DNA of 63,967 bases, filler included, from Conidiobolus incongruus B7586 (taxonomy: Eukaryota), in the NCBI GenBank assembly GCA_000697335.1. It is 10 parts of 10 records of this genome, joined end to end, with 100 filler letters (N's around TTAATTAATTAA, not from the genome) between each part and the next. Parts side by side here need not be neighbours in the genome. Positions count along the whole stretch, not along the records: positions 34,768 to 56,330 come from JNEM01007103.1; positions 56,431 to 61,344 come from JNEM01007104.1; positions 61,445 to 62,668 come from JNEM01007105.1; positions 62,769 to 63,967 come from JNEM01007106.1; 6 more parts are not named here. One strand, 5' to 3'. Positions within the stretch are counted from its first letter, which is position 1, and each line of letters opens with the position of its first letter. The position numbers and the translations under genes were made by a program. Under the pieces are notes generated by a model. That model made no database searches. It was given only the letters and a program-made list of their open reading frames with translations, and was not told the origin of the DNA. Positions 54,896 through 63,967 of this stretch are shown piece by piece.

Positions 54896-56430
54896 TGGTA
54901 CTATAATATTGCTTTAATTCAACTTGAAAGATAAATGAATATTTTGAATTTATATAGTCAGAGTTTGATATAGTGAACTCATTATTAGTGATATTAATGT
55001 CAAATATATAAATATCAGATCACCAATGTCTCATTAGAATATAATATTTAGTCATTATTAACAAATTCCTTAAATAAATTATCTTAATAAAAAAATAATA
55101 ATGAATTAATATAATAATGATGTGAGATTTTAAAAATGACTCAATTATTATTTCAATTTGATTTAATTTTTTGTTAAAATTAGGAAATTTTTCGATCATT
55201 CAAATTAATATCAAAGTAAGGCTTTTTCAAATAATGCTGCTAAATCAGTTTAAAAGTGGTTTATTTTTTAAGAAACTTAAGTTATAAAATGTTTTTAAAT
55301 AAAATGTTTCAAATAATAATATATCAAATAGGATCAAGAATAATTATATATATATTGAATATATTTTAAAATAATTATTTTTTTTAAAATTGATATATTC
55401 GAAATTTAAAAAATTTAATAATTAAAAAATTTTTCAATTATTTGGTGTTTAATTATATTCAAGTTTAAAGTAATTTTTAAATATAATATATTTCAAAATT
55501 GTTTAAAAAAATATTTGGTTACTATATATACTTCAAAATTTTTTTTCTAATTTGATAAAAGACAATTTATCTTAAAAAATCTAATATTAGATAATAATTT
55601 TAAGGTTAATATATTCTATATAGATATTATAAAAAATAATATATTGAAATTATAATCCTCTATAACTGCTTATTAGTGTTTAGCTAATATGATTCAATAG
55701 ATATAGAAATTGCAAATAATATTATTAATATTCATTATTTATTTGCTTGGTTATCTTATTAAGAAGGTAATAATTTCTTAGTGAAACTTTTACTAATGAT
55801 TATTTGGGGATATTCGATAATAGTGAAAAATTGGAGTTAAAAATATAAGCTTTGTTTTGAATAATTACTAACGCTATTAATGATTAATGAATTTATATAC
55901 TAAATTATATTGTCACAAGTAATTTTATATTGCTTTGGATAGTGCATTATTTTATTAGAAATTTCAGATATATTGATTCCACTATCTAAATATTAATATT
56001 AACATCATTTTCCACTATATATCATAATTTTCATATATATTAATTTTAAGATAAGATTTATTGTATTTCAAATGAAATTATAAAAATTAAACTTATACTC
56101 AAGTATTTTAATAAGTTTGAAATTATATCTTAAAAACTTGAACTAATATTACATTATATAGTATCTCTAATTAGCTTTAATTAAATTAATTAAATTTGAA
56201 ATTTTTCTTATCAATATTAATATTATTTTATATAATATAAATAATTAAATTATTACTATTAATTAGAAAAATAATAATTTTTCAATTAATAATCTTATCA
56301 TTTATTGAAATTTTGAAATATAAAATATTGNNNNNNNNNNNNNNNNNNNNNNNNNNNNNNNNNNNNNNNNNNNNTTAATTAATTAANNNNNNNNNNNNNN
56401 NNNNNNNNNNNNNNNNNNNNNNNNNNNNNN

Positions 56431-59144
56431 TTATTATAGTTAAAATTATTAAAAATAATAATAAAAATATATTTAAATTTAAACTTAAGTATGTGAAGAT
56501 TATAAATAAATATAATAAGAAATATATCTATAGGTTAGTTAATATAAACAAATATAATATTATTATAAAGTATTACAATGATTATAAGACTATATAAGGA
56601 TATTAATTAATATTGATATTATTATATATATTTTATATTAGCATAGATATCACTTATATCCTAAGATAAAATACCATTAACAAAAGAAATCATATTATAA
56701 AATAAGATAGGAGTTTAAATATCACTATTAATATTGAATTAAAATTAATTAAAATAAAGTTATATAGTTTTATAAAACAAAAATATATCTTAATAAATCT
56801 AATAAAAAAGCTACATATTTCAGATAAAATATAGAATTACTTTATAACTATTATGTTAATTTTACATAAAAGTATAATAATAGGTTAATTATTATTTAAG
56901 GATATATATTATATTTAGATAACAGATATCTTTATAAAATTAATAAGGGAATTAATACTAAAATATACTAAAGTATTTTAAATAATAAATTAAAAAAACC
57001 ATTGAATAATATAAATTAAACAAATTTAATGTTATTTTTTAATAAAATAATATCTTTTGTTATATTATAACTTTTATTACCAAATAGCTTAAAAATAACA
57101 AAATAATAGTTATAAAATGGTTTCTTTAATTTATTAATCTTAACTTAATTTAATATCTTTAAGATCAGTTAAAAAAAGCTCTTAAAGTTTTTTTTTAATA
57201 AATTATTTAAATTAGCTTTATAAATAAATTTAAAAAATATAGAATATGATTAACCTATTTTAGTATAAAAAGTTACTTGATTCTATACCTTGTAAATTAA
57301 AGATATTAGAAAAGCTAAAGGTAAATATATTAAATTTTAATTTTTTTATCATTAAAAACCTATAAATTTATAATATACCTTAGGTAAAATTTAAAGATTG
57401 ATATTTTAGCTAATTAATAATTAAATATTATAAATTAGTAATTTATATTATTAATAAATATATATAATTTTAATTATATAATTTTGGTTTATTTTATTAG
57501 ATATTAATTTAAATTATTAGTAAGAATACACTAACCTGCAAAAGTGAGTCATAAAATCAAAAACACCTATATTTTTACTAATAACTTGATTAATAATTAA
57601 TGAAATAAACCTAAATTAAATAATTAAAGTCTATTATATTTATTAGTTATATATAACATTAAATGATGATATTTAGCTATTAATTGGTTAAAATATAAAC
57701 CCTTAAATTTTACCTAAGGTGAGTTATAAATTTGTGGGTTTTTGGTGATAAAAAAAAATTAAAACCTAGTGTATCCACCTTTAGCTTTTCTAACTTTTTT
57801 AAGTTTGTGGGGTATAGAATCAATTAACTTCTTACACTAAGAAGGGTTAATCTTGTTTTATGCTTCTTGAACATATTCTTAAAGTTGATCTAAATTTTTT
57901 GCTAGGGGGAAAACTTTAATAGCTTTTTTTAACTAATCCTAAAGGTGTTTAATTAGATTAAAATTAGGAGATTAAAGAAACTACTTTATAACTGTTATCT
58001 TGTTATTTTTAAGCTATTTGGTAGTAGAAGCTATAGTATAGCAAGAGGCATTATCTTGCTAGAAAATAACATTAGATTTATTTAACCTATATTATTCAAT
58101 GGTTTTTTTCAATTCATTGTTTAGAATACTTTAGTACATCTTAGTATTAATTCCCCCATTAACTTTATAAAGATACCTTATACCTAAAGACAATATACAT
58201 CCCTAAACAATAATTAACCCACCACTATACTTTTAGGTAGAATTAACATAATAGTCACAAAGTAGTTCTATATCTTTTCTGAAGCATCTAGCTTTTTTAT
58301 CAAATCTACTAAGGTATATTTTTGTTTCATCAGACTAAATAACCTTACTCTAATTAGTTTCAGTTTAATATTAGTGGTGACATTCAAACTCTTGCCTAGT
58401 TTTATAGTGGGATTTTTTTAGTTAGGGGTGTTTTTTCTTAAGATGTAAGTGGTATCTATGCTAACATAAAGCATGTATAATAGTATCAGTGTTAACTAAT
58501 ATTCTTGTATAGTCTTATAGTTCCTGCTATATTTCTACAACAGTACCATACTTGCTTGTATTAATTAACCTATAGATATACTTCTTATCATGTTTATCTA
58601 TGATTTTAGTACACTTAAGTTTAAGTTTAAATGTTTCTTTATTGCTATTCTTAACAGCTTTAACTATAATAGATTAACTAACACTAGTAATTCTAACAAT
58701 ATCACAAGTTGATTTACCTTCTTTATAAAGTTAATTGATGCATAAATAGATTTTTTTAGAGAGGGATTTAGGTATAATAATACTAATAAAAAAAATATAG
58801 TATATCTGTAAAATATTATATAAAATAATAATAAAGAGAGAAAAAAGATATGGTTATATATTGTTAAATATATCCCTTTATCTCAAAAACCCACAAATTT
58901 ATAACTCACCTTGGTTAAATATTAAGGGTTAATATTTTTGCTAATAGTTTACTAAATATATTTAAATATATTTATCTATTATTAAATAATATACCTTAAT
59001 TATATATTATAGTTTCAAGTAATCTAATATGTACAATTGTTTTAGTTATTAATTAAAATATATATATTTTTGATTTTATAACTCACTTTTACAGGTTAGT
59101 GTATAATTGTTTTTGATTTTATAACTTATTTTTATAAATTAGTA
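56431..59144 (+). mobile_element. Tc1-A-related copy (56431-57528 plus 59102-59144), split by a nested copy
   Basis: Colinear with 23360-24814. The terminal ~43 bp resumes at 59102 exactly where the sequence broke at the TA at 57527-28. Confidence 0.88.
57529..59101 (-). mobile_element. Tc1-A, full length (1573 bp), the least degraded copy, nested in the TIR of the previous copy
   Basis: TA duplication at 57527-28 and 59102-03; both TIRs present; QDNAS motif still readable ~58050. Confidence 0.94.
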
Positions 59145-59152
59145 TATATATA

Positions 59153-60717
59153 CACTAACCTACAAAAATAAGTCATAAAATTATAATTATATATATTATT
59201 ATTAATAACTCTGTTAATTCTTAATCAAATTAATTTAAATTAAAATATATAATAAACTTATAATATTTATTTATAATTAAATATATTTAATCTAATTATA
59301 TTAACTTTTAGTTGATATATTAAAATTTAAATTTTATCTAAAATAAGTTATAAATTTACATATTTTGGTTATAGAAAGAAAATTAAAACTTAGTATATCT
59401 ACCTTTTGCTTTCTTAACTTCCTTAAGTTTATAAGGTATAGGGTTAATTAACTTCTTATATTAAGAAAGATTAATTTTATTCTAAGTTTCTTAAATATAT
59501 TCTTAAACTCATTTAAATTTTTTACTGGTGGGAAAATTTTAACTGCTTTTTTTAACTAATCCTAAAGGTGTTTAATTAAATTAAAGTTAGGGGATTGAAG
59601 AAGCTACTTCATAATTATTAATTTATTATTTTTAAACTATTTGGTAGTAGAAATATTAGTATAGCAAAAAGTATTATCTTGTTAGAAAATAATATCTGAT
59701 TTATTTAACATATATTATTTAATAGTTTTTTAAATTTATTATTTAGAATATTTTAGTATATTTCAATATTAATTCCCCTATTAACTTTATAAAAATACCT
59801 TACACCAGAAGATAGCATATATCCTTAAGCTATAATTAACTTATTATTATATTTTTGGGTTGAAATAACATAATAGTCACAAAGTAGTTCTTTGTCTTTT
59901 TTGAAATATCTAGCTTTTCCATCAGATTTACTAAAGTATATTATTATTTCATTAAACTAAATAACCTTACTCTAATTAATTTTGGTTTAACTTTAATGAT
60001 GATATTTAAACTCTTACCTAGCTTTATAATAGAACTTCTTTAATTAAGGGTGTTTTTTTTGAGGTGCAAGTGGTATCTATTATAATATAAAACATATATA
60101 ATAGTATTAGTACTAACTAATATTCTTGTATAGTTTTATAATTTTTTTTATACTTCTACAGTAATATTACACTTACTTGTATTAACCAACCTATAAATAT
60201 ACCTTTCATTATATTTATTTATAATCCTAGTACATTTAAGTTTAGGTTTAGATATATCCTTATTATAATTTTTAACAGTTTTAATTATAGTAGATTAACT
60301 AGCACTAATAATTCTAATAATCTTATAAGTTGATTTATCTTTACTATAGAGTTGATTAATATACAAGTGAATCTTTTTAAAGAGGGATTTAGGTATTTTA
60401 ATACTAATATTATTTAAAATAATAATATTAGTATATTTATTTATATATAATTTAATAAAAAAAAAGATTTAAGTAATTTTTGTTTTATATACCCCTTTAA
60501 CTTCTAAACCCACAAATTTATCACTTACCCTATTTAAATTTAATGTTTGATATATTAACCAATAATATATTAAATATAATTAAATATAACCTATTATAAT
60601 CAGGTAATATACCTTAATTATATATTTTAATTTAAATTAATTTAGTTAAGAATTGTTTAAGTTATAAGTAAATATATAAGTGATTTTTATTTTATAACTT
60701 ATTTTTATAGGTTAGTG
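59153..60717 (-). mobile_element. Tc1 subfamily B, full length (1565 bp)
   Basis: TA flanks, TIRs CACTAACC.../...GGTTAGTG, colinear with 14879-16470. Confidence 0.93.
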
Positions 60718-60719
60718 TA

Positions 60720-61344
60720 TAATTAATTTTAATTTATAAAGCAATATTTAGTATATTTATCTTTTGCTTTTTTAACATCCTTATGTTTATAAAGTATAAA
60801 ATCAAATAAATTCTTAAATTTAACAAAATTAATATTATTCTAAGTTTTTTAATTATATTTTAAAAATTAATATAAATTTTTTACTAAGGGGAAAATTTTA
60901 ATTAAATTTTTTAATTGATTTAAAAGTTATTTGATTAAATTAAGATTAAAAAATTTAGGAGGTTATTTTATAATAATTTTTTTATTATTGATAAGCTATT
61001 TGATAATAGAGATTATATTATAACTAAAGATATTTTTATTAAAAATTAATATTTAATTTTTTTAACATATTTTACTCAAAATTGTTTTCAATTTATTATT
61101 TAAAAAATATTAATATAACTTAAAATTAATTAATTTATTAATTATCTTAAGATTGTTTATACCTAATAATAATATATATCCTTAAATTATAATTAAGCTA
61201 TTATTGTATTTTTGGGTTATAATAATATAATAGTTATAAAATAGTTTTTTATCTTTTTTGAAATATTTATTTTTTTATTAAATTTATCAGAATATATTTT
61301 ATTAAACTAAATTAAATAACCTTATCTTAATTAATTTTAATTTA
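60720..61344 (-). mobile_element. More degraded Tc1 relic (transposase C-terminal half)
   Basis: Colinear with the catalytic region of the A/B copies but more divergent and almost free of G/C; ends in a gap. Confidence 0.75.
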
Positions 61345-61444
61345 NNNNNNNNNNNNNNNNNNNNNNNNNNNNNNNNNNNNNNNNNNNNTTAATTAATTAA
61401 NNNNNNNNNNNNNNNNNNNNNNNNNNNNNNNNNNNNNNNNNNNN

Positions 61445-62668
61445 ATATAATATTTTATAAATATACTAAATTTTTTTATTAGTATTATTATATTTAAATC
61501 CCTCTCTAAAAAAATCTACTTGTGTATTAATTAACTTTATAAAAAAAGTAAATTAACTTGTGATATTGTTAAAATTACTAATGTTAGTTAGTTTACTATA
61601 GTTAAAGTTGTTAAAAATAACAATAAAGAAATATTTAAACTTAAACTTAAATGTGTTAAGATTATAGATAAATATAATAAGAAGTATATATGTAGGTTAG
61701 TTAATATAAGCAAGTATAGTACTACTGTAGAAATATAACAGGAACTATAAGATTATACAAGAATATTAATTAACACTAATATTATTATATATGTTTTATA
61801 TTAATATAAATACTACTTACATTTTAAAAAAAACACCTTTAATTAAAAAAATCCTATTGTAAAATTAAATAGGAGTTTAAATGTTACTACTAATGTTAAA
61901 TTAAAACTAATTAGAGTAAGGTTATTTAATCTAATAAAACAAAAATATACTTTAGTGGATTTAATAGAAAAGCTAGATACTTTAAAAAAAATACAAAATT
62001 ACTTTGTGATTATTATGTTAATTTTACCTAAAAGTACAATAGTAGGTTAATTATTATTTAGGGATATATGTTATTTTTAGGTGTAAAGTATCTTTGTAAA
62101 GTTAATAGGGGAATTAATATTGAGATATATTAAAATATTCTAAACAATAAATTAAAAAAAACTATTGAATAATATAAATTAAATAAATCTAATATTATTT
62201 TCTATTAAGATAATACTTTTTATTATATTATAGCTTTTACTACCAAATAACTTAAAAATAACAAGATAATAGTTATAAAGTAACTTCTTTAATTTCTTAA
62301 CTTTAATCTAATTAAACACCTTTAGGATTAATTAAAAAAAGTTATTAAAGTTTTCCCCCTAGTAAAAAATTTAAATTAACTTTAAGAATATATTTAAGAA
62401 GTATAGAACAAGATTAACTTTTTTTAGTGTAAGAAGTTAATTGATTTTATACCTTATAAACTTAAAGAAGTTAAAAAAAACTAAAGGTAGATATATTAAG
62501 TTTTAATTTTTTTTATCACTAAAAACCTATAAATTTATAACTCACTTTAAGTAAAATTTAAAGGTTTATATTTTAGCTAATTAATAGCTAAATATCATTA
62601 TTTAATAATATATATAACTAATAAATATAATAGATTTTAATTATTTAATTTAGGTTTATTTTATTAAA
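61445..62668 (+). mobile_element. Tc1-A copy between two gaps
   Basis: Colinear with 23360-24814. Confidence 0.92.
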
Positions 62669-62768
62669 NNNNNNNNNNNNNNNNNNNNNNNNNNNNNNNN
62701 NNNNNNNNNNNNTTAATTAATTAANNNNNNNNNNNNNNNNNNNNNNNNNNNNNNNNNNNNNNNNNNNN

Positions 62769-63967
62769 TTAAAATCTATTATATTTATTAATAATATATA
62801 TTATTATATGATGATATTTAGCTATTAATTGGTTAAAATATAAACACTTAAATTTTACCTAAGGTGAGTTATAAATTTGTAGGTTTTTGATGATAAAAAA
62901 AATTAAAACCTAATATATTTACCTTTAGCTTTTTTAACTTCTTTAAGTTTGTGGGGTATAGAATCAATTAACTTCTTATACTAAAAAAGATTAATCTTAT
63001 TTTATATTTCTTAAATATATTTTTAAAGTTGATTTAAATTTTTTATTGGGGGAAAACTTTAATAGCTTTTTTTAACTAATTTTAAAGGTGTTTAATTAGG
63101 TTAAAGTTAGGAGATTAAAAAAACCACTTTATAACTATTATCTTGTTATTTTTAAGTTATTTAATAATAAAAGTTATAATATAACAAGAAGTATTATCTT
63201 ACTAGAAAATAACATTAAGTTTATTTAACCTATATTATTCAATAGTTTTTTTTAATTTATTGTTTAAAATACTTTAGTATATTTTAATATTAATTCCCTT
63301 ATTAACTTTATAAAGATACTTTACACCTAAAGACAACATATATCCCTAAATAATAATTAACCTATTATTATACTTTTAGATAAAATTAACATAATAGTTA
63401 TAAAGTAGTTTTGTATTTTTTTTAAAGTATTTAGTTTTTTTATTAAATTTATTAAAGTATATTTTTGTTTTATTAGATTAAATAACTTTACTCTAATTAG
63501 TTTTAATTTAATATTAGTAGTAACATTTAAATTCCTACCTAGTTTTATAATAGGATTTTTTTAGTTAAGGGTGTTTTTTTAAAATATAAGTGGTATCTAT
63601 GCTAATATAAAATATATATAATAGTATTAGTGTTAACTAATATTCTTGTATAATTTTATAGTTCCTACTATATTTCTACAGTAGTATTATATTTACCTGT
63701 ATTAATTAACCTATAGATATACTTCTTATTATGTTTATTTATAATCCTAGTATATTTAAGTTTAAGTTTAAATGTATTTTTATTGCTATTTTTAATAGCT
63801 TTAACTATAATAAACTAACACTAGTAATTCTAGAAATATCACAAGTTAATTTACCTTTTTTATAAAGTTGATTAATATACAAGTGGATTTTTTTAGAGAG
63901 GGATTTAAGTATAATGATACTAATAAAAAAAATTTAATATATCTATAAAATATTATATAAAATAATA
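62769..63967 (-). mobile_element. Tc1-A copy truncated by a gap and by the window end
   Basis: Colinear with 57620-58830. Confidence 0.92.

Overview
Very AT-rich eukaryotic (fungal) scaffold with nine 100-bp assembly gaps (N-run/TTAATTAATTAA/N-run). Short 47-58 nt GT-AG introns and the gene content point to an early-diverging fungus; a Conidiobolus-like zoopagomycete is my inference, not something the sequence proves. Gene islands encode a secreted expansin-like protein, an Xbp1-type APSES/KilA-N factor split by one in-frame TAA, mitochondrial TyrRS, a PAS-like protein, a secreted CAP/SCP protein, an ankyrin+DIL protein and an SMP/LEA protein. They alternate with dead-transposon islands: about ten DD34E Tc1 copies or fragments with IR/DR ends, one DD34D mariner and two Ty3/Gypsy elements, all degraded by C->T/G->A transitions. 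Three observations stand out. (1) A tandem array of five co-oriented genes and pseudogenes at 43-49 kb is built from the DNA-binding HTH region of a Tc1-like transposase, with the DDE domain lost and replaced by a low-complexity tail, i.e. a candidate domesticated DNA-binding family. (2) There is a repeat-restricted, RIP-like CpG/CpA hypermutation signature. (3) An unidentified ~340-nt GC-rich, multi-hairpin ncRNA candidate lies upstream of TyrRS. All calls were made by eye; no database search or folding program was run.
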